Made by a program: the position numbers and the translations under genes
Shown: positions 1 to 9,963 of the stretch, piece by piece
Numbering within the stretch: position 1 is the stretch's first letter
How the letters are laid out: every line of letters starts with the position of its first letter
Assembly (NCBI GenBank): GCA_050250895.1
Contig: JBFWNU010000001.1
Coordinates: 1,870,884-1,934,883, forward strand
Length of the DNA: 64,000 nt
Source: Vulcanimicrobiota bacterium
GTDB lineage: Bacteria; Vulcanimicrobiota; Xenobia; Xenobiales; JADMJV01
Reading direction: 5' to 3'
Notes under the pieces: generated by a model
What the model saw: only the letters and a program-made list of their open reading frames with translations
Database searches by the model: none
What the model was told of the DNA's origin: nothing

Positions 1-1
1 G

Positions 2-742
2 TCCCAGAAGATCCCGCGCTATTCGAGCGCTCAGGCCTGTCTTGACGAGAATTCGCGGGTGCTCAAGTACGTGCTCGAGAAGTGTCTGCGCGACCGAATC
101 CGATTGGTCTATACCTCCACCTCGGATGTCTATGGCAAGAACCCCAAAGTGCCTTTCGACGAAGAGTCGGATCTGGTCCTGGGGCCGACCCGAGTCAAAC
201 GGTGGGCCTATGCGCTCTCGAAAATCTACGGCGAGCACACTATTTTGGCCCACCATGAGGAGTACGGTCTCGAGTTTACTATCGGACGCCCCTTTGGTTC
301 CTATGGCCCTAACCAGCACCTGACCTGGTGGGGGGGGCCGCAGGCGGTGTTCATCGGGTTGGCTCTCAAAGGCGAACCGCTGCCCATTCACGGCGACGGC
401 CAGCAGACGCGAACTTTCTCCTACGTGACCGATACGGTCGACATCCTGACCGCTTTCATCGAAAAAGACGAGGCCCGCAACGAGATCTTCAATGTGGGAG
501 CGATCGTCGAGGAAGAGACGACCATTCTCGACCTGGGCAAACGCATCTGGCGCTTGATTCACGGGATCGACAGCGAGCCCCGCCTCGAACTCATTCCCTA
601 CGAATCGTTCGGACGTTATGAAGACGTGCGGCGACGCGTGCCCTGCAACCAGAAGCTCGAGCGTCTGCTGGGCATCACGCCACGGGTGGGCCTCGACGAA
701 GGCCTGGCCAGGACCATCGCCTGGCAGCGGGGGCTGGTATGA
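2..742 (+). CDS. NAD-dependent nucleotide-sugar epimerase/dehydratase (extended SDR), 5' truncated by window edge
   Basis: YTSTSDVYG, YALSK (YxxxK) and GDGQQTRTFSYVTD motifs; frame is open back to position 2. Confidence 0.9.
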   Translation, partial: SQKIPRYSSAQACLDENSRVLKYVLEKCLRDRIRLVYTSTSDVYGKNPKVPFDEESDLVLGPTRVKRWAYALSKIYGEHTILAHHEEYGLEFTIGRPFGSYGPNQHLTWWGGPQAVFIGLALKGEPLPIHGDGQQTRTFSYVTDTVDILTAFIEKDEARNEIFNVGAIVEEETTILDLGKRIWRLIHGIDSEPRLELIPYESFGRYEDVRRRVPCNQKLERLLGITPRVGLDEGLARTIAWQRGLV

Positions 743-1470
743 TCTACTTTCTGGTGCCGGTGTTCAACGAATCGCCCAACATCGAGGGACTGGCCGCCTC
801 GCTCAAGGCCATCGTCCCTGACCAGCCGAAGTTCTTCGTGCTGGTCGACGATTGCTCGAGCGATGATACCATCGCCCAAATCCATCGGCATTTCGGCGAC
901 AGCGACTATCAAGTGCTCGACAAGGCCGCCAATCGAGGGCCCGGGCACTCGTTTAACCTGGGCTTCGGCTGGATTCTTCGCCACGGTTCGCCGGGCGACC
1001 GCGTCGTCACCCTCGAAGGCGACAACACCTCGGATGTCTCGAGCTTGAGCGAGATGCTGGCCATTTCGGGGCTGGGCTACGATCTGGTGCTGGCCTCGGT
1101 TTACGCTCAGGGCGGCTCGCTGGGCAGCACCACCGTCTGGCGCAAGACGATCTCGTTTGTGGCTAACGCGCTACTGCGCTCGGTTTTCGACATTCGCGTT
1201 GCGACCCTTACTTCGTTCTACCGAGTCTATGGCTACGAATTGCTCACCCGCATCCAGGCCGCTTACCCCGAAATCATCGAAGAGCCCGGCTACATCTCGA
1301 TGACCGAGGTGCTCATCAAAGCGATCCGGGTGGGGGCTCGCATCATCGAGGTGCCCACCCGCATTCTGTCCGAGAAACGAGCCGGCCAATCCAAAATGAA
1401 GATCGTGAGCACGGCCCTGTCCTATCTGCGTTTTCTGCAGCGCGACCTGCGCCCGCGAGGCCAGGGATGA
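739..1470 (+). CDS. GT2 polyprenol-phosphate glycosyltransferase (DPM1-like)
   Basis: VPVFNE, VDDCSSD, NRGPG motifs; ATGA overlap with the upstream gene. Confidence 0.9.
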   Translation: MIYFLVPVFNESPNIEGLAASLKAIVPDQPKFFVLVDDCSSDDTIAQIHRHFGDSDYQVLDKAANRGPGHSFNLGFGWILRHGSPGDRVVTLEGDNTSDVSSLSEMLAISGLGYDLVLASVYAQGGSLGSTTVWRKTISFVANALLRSVFDIRVATLTSFYRVYGYELLTRIQAAYPEIIEEPGYISMTEVLIKAIRVGARIIEVPTRILSEKRAGQSKMKIVSTALSYLRFLQRDLRPRGQG

Positions 1471-2963
1471 ATCGCGAGCGGGCCGCCCTGTTGGTGGTGC
1501 TGGCCGTCACCCTGCTGCTGAGAATCGGTCACCTGGCTGGGCCCACCCTGCGCGACGAGGGCGTCCACGGCTATATGGCGCAGGAGATTTTGCGCGGCCA
1601 TTTGCCTTTCGAGACGGTCTTCGATAACAAGGGGGTCCTGCTCTATGGCGAGCAGGCGGCTGCCCTGGCCGTCTTCGGTATGCACTCGATCGCGGGCATT
1701 CGCTTACTGGGCATCGCCTTCGTGCTGGGTTCGATGGTGGCGCTCTACCTCTTGCTGCGCGATCAATACGGTCACGCCGAAGGGGTGATGGCGGTCGCCC
1801 TTTTCGGTTTCTATTCCAGCCTGATGCAGATGCAAGGCCACTACTACGGCTCTGAAGTCTTCACCTTGCTGCCCACCAACCTGGCCGCCCTGTGCGCCTG
1901 GCGGGGGCTGGTCAAAGAGGACCGGCGACTTTTCTTTCTGAGCGGCCTCTTCATGGGGCTAGGCATCTGGACTCGGCTCACGGTCGCGCCTTTTGTCGGC
2001 TCTTTCGGCCTCTTTCTCTTGCTCTATTACCACCGGTCTCGCCTGGCCGGACCGTGGTGGATGGGTGTCGGGCTGGCTGTTTCATGCGTGCCCTTTATCG
2101 GGCTCTATCTGGTGGCCGGGCGAATGGATCTGCTGGCCCAATCGTATTTTCTCTTTAGCGGCGCGCAACTGGTGACCGCCGATGTGCCAGGCACGCCACT
2201 CGAGCAACTGGGGCGCATCCTGGCTGTGGCCCTGCCCAACATGCTCATCCTGATGGTTTTTTTGGCCGGCTTGCCGTTCTCGCCCTGGTGGCGCGATCGT
2301 CGCACCACCTTTCTGGCTCTATGGTTGGGCGGCGGGTTGCTCTGCTTTTTGCTGACGGGCCAGTATCTCAGCAAGCAGCTGCACCAGGCCTTGCCCCCGC
2401 TCTGCGGTTGGGCAGCGGTGGTGCTGGTGGACTGGATCGGTCAGGCCAACTGGCGGCGGACGGTGGCCTGGCTGCTGCTGGCGGTCTCGGCCCTGGGGGC
2501 GGCCGGCCTGAATTTCCCTCGCTATTATCGGTTGACGGTCGACGACCCCTCGGCCAGCGAGCCGATCATGGTGGTAGGCGAGCGAGTGGCCGACTGGGTC
2601 CGGGAGCATAGCCAGCCCGGGGACGGCCTGTTCGTGTGGGGAGTCGAGTGGCAAGTCTATTTTCGGGCCGAGCGGCGCTCGCCGTCGCGCCACATCAACC
2701 TGCTGGCCGTGATCCTGATCGCCATCGCGGCCCAGCGAGGGGCCCCGGTGGGTGACGTTCTGGCTCAGGTGCAAAACGAGATGTCGACTCAGCTCAAGGC
2801 CCACCCGCCTCGCTACATCCTGGTCACTTCCTCGGTCAAGAACTACGGTATCGAGGCCTATTATCTGCCGGCCGAATTCGACGCCATGCTGCAACGGGAC
2901 TATCACTTGCTGTTCAAAGACGACCCTTACTGGGTCTTCGAGCGCAACAACTCCTCGAGATAG
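1467..2963 (+). CDS. GT-C (ArnT/PMT-like) multi-pass membrane glycosyltransferase
   Basis: RDEG motif after TM1, DNKG loop, many TM helices; translationally coupled to the GT2 gene. Confidence 0.8.
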   Translation: MNRERAALLVVLAVTLLLRIGHLAGPTLRDEGVHGYMAQEILRGHLPFETVFDNKGVLLYGEQAAALAVFGMHSIAGIRLLGIAFVLGSMVALYLLLRDQYGHAEGVMAVALFGFYSSLMQMQGHYYGSEVFTLLPTNLAALCAWRGLVKEDRRLFFLSGLFMGLGIWTRLTVAPFVGSFGLFLLLYYHRSRLAGPWWMGVGLAVSCVPFIGLYLVAGRMDLLAQSYFLFSGAQLVTADVPGTPLEQLGRILAVALPNMLILMVFLAGLPFSPWWRDRRTTFLALWLGGGLLCFLLTGQYLSKQLHQALPPLCGWAAVVLVDWIGQANWRRTVAWLLLAVSALGAAGLNFPRYYRLTVDDPSASEPIMVVGERVADWVREHSQPGDGLFVWGVEWQVYFRAERRSPSRHINLLAVILIAIAAQRGAPVGDVLAQVQNEMSTQLKAHPPRYILVTSSVKNYGIEAYYLPAEFDAMLQRDYHLLFKDDPYWVFERNNSSR

Positions 2964-4162
2964 TCGGCAAACCCGCCGTAGACGGCCTGATCGTTGTACT
3001 GTTCTTCAAAGGCCCGGCGGGCCCGCCCGGCATAGGCCTGGCGCAACTCGGGCTGGTCGGTCAGGCGCGACACCAACCGGGCCAGGGCCTGGTGGTCGCC
3101 GGCCGGATAGTAGAATCCCAACTGCTGCTGTTCGAGTAGATGCTCGAGTTCGCCCACGCACGACGACAGGATGGGCAAACCGGCGGCCATGTATTCAAAG
3201 GGCTTGTTGGGCATGGCGTCAGGATGGCCGTCGCCCCAGGGAAGTAGCCCAACCTGGCAACGCCGCAGCACCGAGACCAGGGTGTCACGCTCGAGCCAAC
3301 CGGGCAGACTGACGTTGGGCAGCCCCTCGGCTTTCTTGAGGCACAATTCGCGCTGTTCCCCCAGCCCGGCCAGCAAGAAGTGGACCCGGCGCTCGCCGGC
3401 CTGCCAGAGTTGGCGGGCCACCTCGATCACGAAGGGCACGTCGTAAGAGCCGCCGATGGTGCCGGCAAAAGCGAAGATGGTTTTGTCGTCGAGACTGGCC
3501 AGCACCTCGGGAGCCTGGCCCGGGCTGGCCGGGTCGTGATGGCGATAACCGTGAACGAAGACGCGGTCGAATCTACCCGCCGGTCGCCCGGCGTAATCCA
3601 GGCCCCAGTCGAGCAAGCCCTTCGAGATCGCCGTAAGACCGCTGGCCGGACGCAGGATCGAGCGGGCCTGTTGGCGCCACGGCCAGATGAGCAGCTCGAC
3701 CAACGGATGGGCCCAGAGGGGAACCCGCCGTAAAAAGATATCTGGCCAGATGTCGCGGATGTCGATGACCACCGGCAATCGATGGCGACGACCCAGTTCG
3801 ATACTGGCCAACCCCAGGGCCGGGATGGGGTGGCAGCACAAGATCATCTCGGGCGGCGGTTGCTGGCGGGCCACCTGACGAAAGCGTCGAGCCAGGCGCA
3901 GGTGATGGAGGACTCGACCCAGCGAAATGTTGCGCTGGTAGCCGCCCGCATGCAGTAGCCGCAGCTCGAAGCCCGGTTCGATCGCATAGGCGCCGTCCTG
4001 GTCGCTGACACACAGCTTCTTCTGGTGCGAGTGGGTGCTCGACCACCAGGTGACCTGGTGGCCGCGCCGGGCTAGCTCGGCCGCCAGCAACCAGATCCGC
4101 TGCGGCCGAGCCCCTTCGAGAACGGGCAACTGCTCGCCATCTTTGACCAGCCAGATGCGCAC
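2927..4162 (-). CDS. GT4 family glycosyltransferase
   Basis: DIRDIWPD and PNKPFEYMAAGLPI motifs. Confidence 0.9.
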   Translation of the reverse strand: MRIWLVKDGEQLPVLEGARPQRIWLLAAELARRGHQVTWWSSTHSHQKKLCVSDQDGAYAIEPGFELRLLHAGGYQRNISLGRVLHHLRLARRFRQVARQQPPPEMILCCHPIPALGLASIELGRRHRLPVVIDIRDIWPDIFLRRVPLWAHPLVELLIWPWRQQARSILRPASGLTAISKGLLDWGLDYAGRPAGRFDRVFVHGYRHHDPASPGQAPEVLASLDDKTIFAFAGTIGGSYDVPFVIEVARQLWQAGERRVHFLLAGLGEQRELCLKKAEGLPNVSLPGWLERDTLVSVLRRCQVGLLPWGDGHPDAMPNKPFEYMAAGLPILSSCVGELEHLLEQQQLGFYYPAGDHQALARLVSRLTDQPELRQAYAGRARRAFEEQYNDQAVYGGFADYLEELLRSKTQ

Positions 4163-4180
4163 TGGCTGGGTGTTCGATGT

Positions 4181-6334
4181 CTAGGCTGGGTCACCTACGA
4201 CCTGAAGGTTGTCGAGGTAGATGCCGTCCTGGTTGCTCGAGCTGTCGGATTTGAGGCGGAAGCGAATTCTCACGCTGTCGCCGTCATAACCCGAAAGGTC
4301 GAGGACATGCTGTTTCCAGTCGGAGTTGCCGGTGAACACGGCCTGATCGTTCCACCACGAATACCAGTGGCCGTTGTGGGCCTCCACGATGACCTGGTCC
4401 TGGCCGTCTTCGAGCGAGTACTTGGCGTCGAAAACCAGGGCCGGGTTCTTGATGCCCTTGAGCGAGAAGGTCTTGGTCACCAGCGAGTTGTTGGTGTTGG
4501 GGTCGTAGTTGCCGTCGGGACTGTCGGTCCAGACCTGACCACGACCTTCGACCTCGACCTGAGCCCAGGTGCCCTGGGGGTCGAAGCTGGCCGCGCCGCC
4601 ATCCTGGAAGGCGACCTGGCCGGCCGGCATGTTGACCTGAGTGACGGCCACCGGCGAGAAGTTCGAGGCGTTGTCGTAGGCGCGCACCGCGAAGTGCAGG
4701 GTGCGGTCCTGACCCGAGGGGGCTACGGTGACCTGAACCTCCTGAGGAGCTCCGGCTTCGGCCACGGGCGGGCTCTCGACCGGGGTGGCCGTCGAGAAGT
4801 CCTCGTCATTGGTGATCGGCTCGCTCGAGTAGCGAATCTCGTAGCCCCGGGCTTTGCCTTCCATGCCGTCGTCGCCGGGGGCGGTCCAGCCGAGCTTGAC
4901 CTTGCGGCTGCCGTCGGCGGTGGCGGTCAGGCCGGCGGGTGTGGATGGGGCGGTGGTGTCGTTCTCGACCGCGTTGGCGGCGTTGATTCGACCACCGGTC
5001 AGCACTTTGCCCTGCAGGTTGTCCTGGGGAACCACGCTGTCGAGCAGGCGAGCCTTGATTTCTTCGTTGCTGGCGTCGGGATAGGCGGTGGCGATCAGTC
5101 CGGCCACGCCGGCCACGTGGGGGCAGGCCATCGAAGTGCCGTCAAAGCTGGCGTAGCTGCCGTTCTTGATGGTCGAGTAGATGCCCACGCCCGGCGCGGC
5201 CACGTCGACGCTGGTGGCGCCATAGTTCGAGAAGCTGGCCAGGCGGCCGTTCTTGTCGATAGCGGCCACCGACACGATGTTGGGCAGGTCATACGAGGCC
5301 GGATAGCCGGGACGGCTGTCGTTGTTGTTGGATTCGTTGCCGGCCGCGAAGATGTGCAGGCAAGGCGAGGCCTTCAGGGTGTCATAGAGGGCCTGGTTGT
5401 AGCCGCCACCGCCCCACGAGTTGGAGGTGATGCGGGCGCCGTTGTTAGCAGCGTAGAGGGTGGCTTTGATGGCGTCGGCCGTGGTGCCGCTGCCGCTGGC
5501 CGAGAGAAACTTGGCGCCCATGATGCGGGCCTCCCACTGGACTCCGACTACACCCACACCGTTGTTGCCTTCGGCCCCGATGGTGCCGGCACAGTGGGTT
5601 CCGTGGGCGTGGTCGTCGAGGGGGTCGCCGCTGTCGCGGATGGCGTTGATGCCGTGGACATCATCGACCACGCCGTTGCCGTCGTTGTCGATGCCATCCC
5701 CGGCGATTTCTCCGGGGTTGGTCCACATATTGTGGCGAAGATCAGGGTGGTTGTAGTCGACACCCGTGTCGATGACGGCGATAACCGGGCCGTGGGTGCG
5801 GTCGCCCTTGACGGTGGCCCAGGCTTCGGGGGCGTCGATATCGATACCGTTGGGGTTGTTCAGACCCCACAGCTTGGGGTTGAGGTCGTCGGGAAGGACC
5901 GGCTCGGCCGACCCGTAGGCCTGCAGAACGTCGTTCGAGCAGGCATAGGCGATGCGGGGGTCCTTTTCCATGGCGGCGATGGCCTGGGCGGTGCTCATAT
6001 CGGCCGGAAGTTTGAGCTGCAGCAGGTCACCGCCGAAGCTCTGATAGAGGTTCTTGGGGATGTCGAACTTGTGCTTCACCTCGGCGCCGTATTCGCCGGC
6101 CAGGTTCTGCATGGCCGCAAAGGCCATTCCCGGCTTGACTTTGATCAGCACTTCGCCTTCCACATGCTCGGGCAATTTGGTGGCCAGATCGGCCGCTTCG
6201 GCAGCGGTCTTTTCGAGCATCGCTCCGAGCTGCACCCGGTCCTGGGGGTCCTGGGCTGCTTCGGTCCTGGGCGCGGCGGCGGCCTGACGGGCCACCGGGG
6301 CAAAATTCTGGATATGAGCTACATCGCGAATCAT
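4181..6334 (-). CDS. Subtilisin-like S8 serine protease with propeptide, FN3 and C-terminal beta-sandwich domain
   Basis: Triad VIDTG / HGTHCAG / GTSMACP, AAGN oxyanion motif; GAGGAGG RBS upstream; no Sec signal peptide. Confidence 0.95.
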   Translation of the reverse strand: MIRDVAHIQNFAPVARQAAAAPRTEAAQDPQDRVQLGAMLEKTAAEAADLATKLPEHVEGEVLIKVKPGMAFAAMQNLAGEYGAEVKHKFDIPKNLYQSFGGDLLQLKLPADMSTAQAIAAMEKDPRIAYACSNDVLQAYGSAEPVLPDDLNPKLWGLNNPNGIDIDAPEAWATVKGDRTHGPVIAVIDTGVDYNHPDLRHNMWTNPGEIAGDGIDNDGNGVVDDVHGINAIRDSGDPLDDHAHGTHCAGTIGAEGNNGVGVVGVQWEARIMGAKFLSASGSGTTADAIKATLYAANNGARITSNSWGGGGYNQALYDTLKASPCLHIFAAGNESNNNDSRPGYPASYDLPNIVSVAAIDKNGRLASFSNYGATSVDVAAPGVGIYSTIKNGSYASFDGTSMACPHVAGVAGLIATAYPDASNEEIKARLLDSVVPQDNLQGKVLTGGRINAANAVENDTTAPSTPAGLTATADGSRKVKLGWTAPGDDGMEGKARGYEIRYSSEPITNDEDFSTATPVESPPVAEAGAPQEVQVTVAPSGQDRTLHFAVRAYDNASNFSPVAVTQVNMPAGQVAFQDGGAASFDPQGTWAQVEVEGRGQVWTDSPDGNYDPNTNNSLVTKTFSLKGIKNPALVFDAKYSLEDGQDQVIVEAHNGHWYSWWNDQAVFTGNSDWKQHVLDLSGYDGDSVRIRFRLKSDSSSNQDGIYLDNLQVVGDPA

Positions 6335-6421
6335 TTGAGTCCTCCTCGCCCTATGGGGCGTGCCGCCATGGTATTGAGTGGAGAGGGCAGAACAATGAAC
6401 GTCGTATGAATTTTCGGTCAG

Positions 6422-7099
6422 CTAGGCCGTGCCCGCGATGATCAGGCCGGCTCCCTGAAGATAGCTACATTCGCGATACTCGAGCAGGTTGGCCCTGAGG
6501 ATGGCTTTGCCTCTGGCCCAACGCTCTCGCAGCCTCTGGTCGTCGAGGTCTTCGACCGAGTCGATGCCCGCCTTTTCGAGGCCCAGGCGATAGAGAGGGT
6601 AGAGCCAGCGGAGCCAGCCATCAGGTTTGACCTGCTGGAAGTCCATGATGGCCAGCCGGCCGCCTGGCTTGAGTATCCGTAGGCACTCGTAGAGAGCGGC
6701 CTCGAAGTCCTCGACGATGCCCAGACACCAGACCGAGATCACGGCGTCTACCTGGCTCGGCACGGGGGGTAGTTTGGCCGCGTTGGCGCGCCGGAGCTGG
6801 ATCTGAGGGCGCCACCCATTGCGTTCGACGCGTTGGCTGGCCTGGACCAGCATTCCCGAGGAGTAATCCATCCCGATGACCCGCCCGCCGCTACCGAGCT
6901 TGGGTATCAGCAGGGGGAAATTCAACCCCGTTCCACAGCCCAGATCCAGCACCCTGGCCCCTTCCAGGTCACCCAGCAGGTTGACCGTGGCTTGACGGCA
7001 GCCGCGGGTGCCAAGCAGCAGACGAAAGAAGACCTTGACCAGGGTGTCGTACCAGCCGGCCACGGCGTCATAGTTCTTGGCAACCACGGGGAGTTTCAC
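6422..7099 (-). CDS. Class I SAM-dependent methyltransferase (UbiE-like)
   Basis: VLDLGCGTG and LKPGGRL motifs. Confidence 0.85.
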   Translation of the reverse strand: MKLPVVAKNYDAVAGWYDTLVKVFFRLLLGTRGCRQATVNLLGDLEGARVLDLGCGTGLNFPLLIPKLGSGGRVIGMDYSSGMLVQASQRVERNGWRPQIQLRRANAAKLPPVPSQVDAVISVWCLGIVEDFEAALYECLRILKPGGRLAIMDFQQVKPDGWLRWLYPLYRLGLEKAGIDSVEDLDDQRLRERWARGKAILRANLLEYRECSYLQGAGLIIAGTA

Positions 7100-7254
7100 T
7101 CTTCCAGGCTAACGTCCGGCGATACTGTCGCCAGCCTCCTCGGGGCGCCGGGGGGGGCATTCCAAAGGCTATCTTTTGTCCAGCTTCTCGCTCTTCTCGG
7201 CGTAGACTTCCTGGTCGGGGTAAAGCTCGGCCAGGAACTCTACGCCAGAACACG

Positions 7255-7794
7255 CTACTTCTCAGAGTGGGGCTCGAACGAGTCGAGCAGCGCCAGGGCC
7301 GCTTCCTGGGCGGCCGGTGAGACTTCCTGGTCGCCGCTGAAGACGCACTCGAAGGCGACCACCTTTTCCCCCAGGGGGACGTAGGCCCACCAGTTGGGAT
7401 CGGACCGCTTGAAGATGCGAAAGGCCTGGGTGCCGCCGATGGTCGAGCGCCTGACGTCATAGTCACCCCCGTCGGCCCGCTCCAAAATCCACTTCTCCAG
7501 CTCGGAGGGTGTGGTTTCGCCGGTCAAGCCGATCTTGAGGTCGACCAGGGTGCCCGACTCCACCGTAAGATTGCCGTCTTTCATGACCACTTTGGCCTCG
7601 CCTCCCGAGGCGGGTCCGAACACCCTTTGAAGCCGAATCAGGCTGGCCTGGTCGGCTCGTTGGCCGCGGGTGGGGATCAGCTTCCAGCCGACTCGCTGCA
7701 CGCGATAGCCCAGGGCCCGGTTGACGTAATGGGTCTCGGGCGGGGGCGGTTGACAGCCCAGCAGCAAAACCAGAATGAGCCACCAGTTCTTCAT
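7255..7794 (-). CDS. Hypothetical lipoprotein
   Basis: MKNWWLILVLLLGC lipobox; ATGA overlap with the PP2C gene. Confidence 0.7.
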   Translation of the reverse strand: MKNWWLILVLLLGCQPPPPETHYVNRALGYRVQRVGWKLIPTRGQRADQASLIRLQRVFGPASGGEAKVVMKDGNLTVESGTLVDLKIGLTGETTPSELEKWILERADGGDYDVRRSTIGGTQAFRIFKRSDPNWWAYVPLGEKVVAFECVFSGDQEVSPAAQEAALALLDSFEPHSEK

Positions 7795-8576
7795 GGGTCG
7801 ATCTGCAGCATCACCAGCGTGGCGTTGTCGCCATCTCGCTCGGCCGCCTCCCAGAGCATGGGGTCGAGGATGAGTTCGGGCTCTTCGGCCGAGTCCAAAA
7901 ACTCGAGTATGGTCGGGGCATCCAGGCCGCGGCCCGGGCTGCAGACGCCGTCGGTCATCATCAAAAAGCGATCGCCCGGCGAGAAAGTGATGGGGCGAAA
8001 CTCTACTCGGGTGTCCCCGATGAGTCCCAACGAACGGGTCAGCTGAAAGGCGTCACGTCGCTGCACGGCTTCTTCCACGGTGGTGCGCCCGAAGGCCAGA
8101 TCCTCACCTACCGGCGTGTGATCGATGGTCAGCCCCCGCAGTCCGCCTTCGGTGAAGCGCACCACTCTGCTATCGCCGATATGAAAGACGATGCCCTGGT
8201 CGGGCGCCTGCAAAACGACTCCGGCCAGGGTGGTACCGGCCTCTTTGCATTTCTCTTTCTTCAGCACCTTTTGCAGCCTTTTGGTGGCGGATTTGATGGC
8301 CGCCGTCAGGCGGGCCTCGAGGTCGCCTCGGGTCTGCTTCTGGAAGTCGGCGGCCAGGCTTTCGAGCATGGTGCGACTGGCCAGGGCGCCGCCTGCGTAG
8401 CTGCCCATTCCGTCCGCGACGGCCGCCATAAAACCCTGGTTGTGAAAGACCCGATAGCTTGAGTCGAACGCGTCCGACAGTAACTTCTCCTGGCTTACCT
8501 GGGTGCCGATGCAGAAGTGGTCGTCGTTCTTGTCGCGTGCGCCGGGCACACTACCCCCACAGATTCGGATCCTCAC
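7791..8576 (-). CDS. PP2C-family Ser/Thr protein phosphatase
   Basis: NDD, VADGMG, HIGDSR, MTDG and DNAT motifs; start moved to GTG 8576 because the longer ORF runs into tRNA-Sec. Confidence 0.9.
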   Translation of the reverse strand: MRIRICGGSVPGARDKNDDHFCIGTQVSQEKLLSDAFDSSYRVFHNQGFMAAVADGMGSYAGGALASRTMLESLAADFQKQTRGDLEARLTAAIKSATKRLQKVLKKEKCKEAGTTLAGVVLQAPDQGIVFHIGDSRVVRFTEGGLRGLTIDHTPVGEDLAFGRTTVEEAVQRRDAFQLTRSLGLIGDTRVEFRPITFSPGDRFLMMTDGVCSPGRGLDAPTILEFLDSAEEPELILDPMLWEAAERDGDNATLVMLQIDP

Positions 8577-8655
8577 CGCCGGATCTTGTTTCTTGCCGCT
8601 TCGCCTCCTGCTGACAACGACGATTGAATGTCTCTCATCATGACAAGGCGGTGGG

Positions 8656-8747
8656 TGGCGGGAATGGGAGGGAGTCGAACCCTCCGAGCGCGCTAACGCC
8701 CCAACGGTTTTGAAGACCGCGGAAGCCACCGGACCCCATCCACTCCC
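8656..8747 (-). tRNA. selC: tRNA-Sec (anticodon UCA)
   Basis: GGGAGTGG...CCATTCCC-G-CCA 8-bp acceptor stem, anticodon loop CTTCAAA, long variable arm, GGTTCGACTCC T arm. Confidence 0.92.
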
Positions 8748-8820
8748 GTCGCCTTCTTAGCCGCCGGAGTGCCAAATCCTGCGGAGGACTCGGCCCCGGA
8801 GCGGGAGAAACGGGCCGAGG

Positions 8821-9363
8821 ATGGACGCCGACTTTCAAGCAGAGGCTCTGGTACACCTGGACTCTCTCTACCGTTATGCCAGGCGTCTTACCAATCAGGA
8901 GAAAGACGCCGAGGATCTTCTCCAAGAGACTTTTCTCAGGGCATTTCGGTTCTGGGACAAATATCAAAAGGGCACTAACTGCCGGGCCTGGCTCTATCGA
9001 ATCATGAAGAATCTGGCCATCAATAAAGCCCAGTCCGCCGCTCGCAAGCCCAATTCGACTTCCCTGGATGACACCGAGGAATGGTATCTCTATCGGCAGC
9101 TTTTGGAGCAAGAGTCGACAGAGGCAAAGAGTCCCGAGAAGCTTTTCTTTGAGCGCAACTGGAGCCCCGAGATTCGTGAGGCTCTGGCCAGCCTGCCCGA
9201 GGATTTTCGCGATCCCATCTTGCTGTGCGATGTCGAGGGCTTCTCTTACCAGGAGATCGCCGACCTGCTCGAGGTGCCCATTGGAACGGTTCGCTCGCGA
9301 TTGAACAGGGCCAGGCGCAAACTTCAGAAGCACCTGGCCCAGTATGTGACTCAGCCGACCTGA
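8821..9363 (+). CDS. ECF sigma-70 factor
   Basis: Region 2 DAEDLLQETFLRA..AWLYRI and region 4 SYQEIADLLEVPIGTVRSRLNRAR. Confidence 0.93.
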   Translation: MDADFQAEALVHLDSLYRYARRLTNQEKDAEDLLQETFLRAFRFWDKYQKGTNCRAWLYRIMKNLAINKAQSAARKPNSTSLDDTEEWYLYRQLLEQESTEAKSPEKLFFERNWSPEIREALASLPEDFRDPILLCDVEGFSYQEIADLLEVPIGTVRSRLNRARRKLQKHLAQYVTQPT

Positions 9364-9369
9364 GCCTGG

Positions 9370-9903
9370 CTACACGCGAATGGTGGCGTCAGCCGAGTGC
9401 TCGCGCACGGCCTGCACGAAGTGCTCCAGCACCTCGCTGGCGATGGGCAATACCTCACGCTTGAGGATGATGCGCAGGGCTTCGTTGCCGTTGCAGCCGT
9501 GATTTTCGGCCACTTTACTGATCTCTTCGTCGGACAACCAATCACCGGTATTGAGGGTATAGGCGGGCTCGACGAAGTACTTGCCCGACTTGCCAGCATC
9601 CGTGCTGGTACGCATGATGACTTCGTGCAGCAGCTTGGAGTGGGGCCCTTTCTTGAGAGCCTTTTCGATGACTTGTTGGTTGCCTTCGAAGGGGGCCGAG
9701 ATGATGAGCATGTTGCCATTTTCGTTGGCTCTCGTCTTCTCGAGGGCAAACGTCCTGGCGCTGGGAACATCCAGAAAACGCAACCCGCCCAGTTTGGTAG
9801 GGGACCCTTTGGCCACGTAGCGCCCATAGATCTCGGTGAGCAAGATATCGATCTCTTCGCCGATGCGGGTGAAATTTAGCCCTGTTTCTTTCTTTTTAGC
9901 CAT
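9370..9903 (-). CDS. Hypothetical protein
   Basis: 177-aa ORF with GGAG RBS and protein-like composition. Confidence 0.65.
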   Translation of the reverse strand: MAKKKETGLNFTRIGEEIDILLTEIYGRYVAKGSPTKLGGLRFLDVPSARTFALEKTRANENGNMLIISAPFEGNQQVIEKALKKGPHSKLLHEVIMRTSTDAGKSGKYFVEPAYTLNTGDWLSDEEISKVAENHGCNGNEALRIILKREVLPIASEVLEHFVQAVREHSADATIRV

Positions 9904-9963
9904 TCTTTACTCCAAAAGCTCGTATCAAGCCCAAGCTCTACGACTCAGCTAGAAAAAATCCTG

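Noticed and set aside
4307-6409. 700-aa + strand ORF
   Set aside because: Antisense in-frame shadow of the subtilase gene, typical of high-GC codon bias.
7169-7260. Protein-like fragment EVACSGVEFLAELYPDQEVYAEKSEKLDKR after an in-frame TGA (possible Sec readthrough)
   Set aside because: The upstream frame is non-coding and there is no clear SECIS or start codon; at most a gene remnant.
8577-8729. N-terminal extension of the PP2C ORF
   Set aside because: Overlaps the tRNA-Sec gene; the conserved domain starts after 8576.
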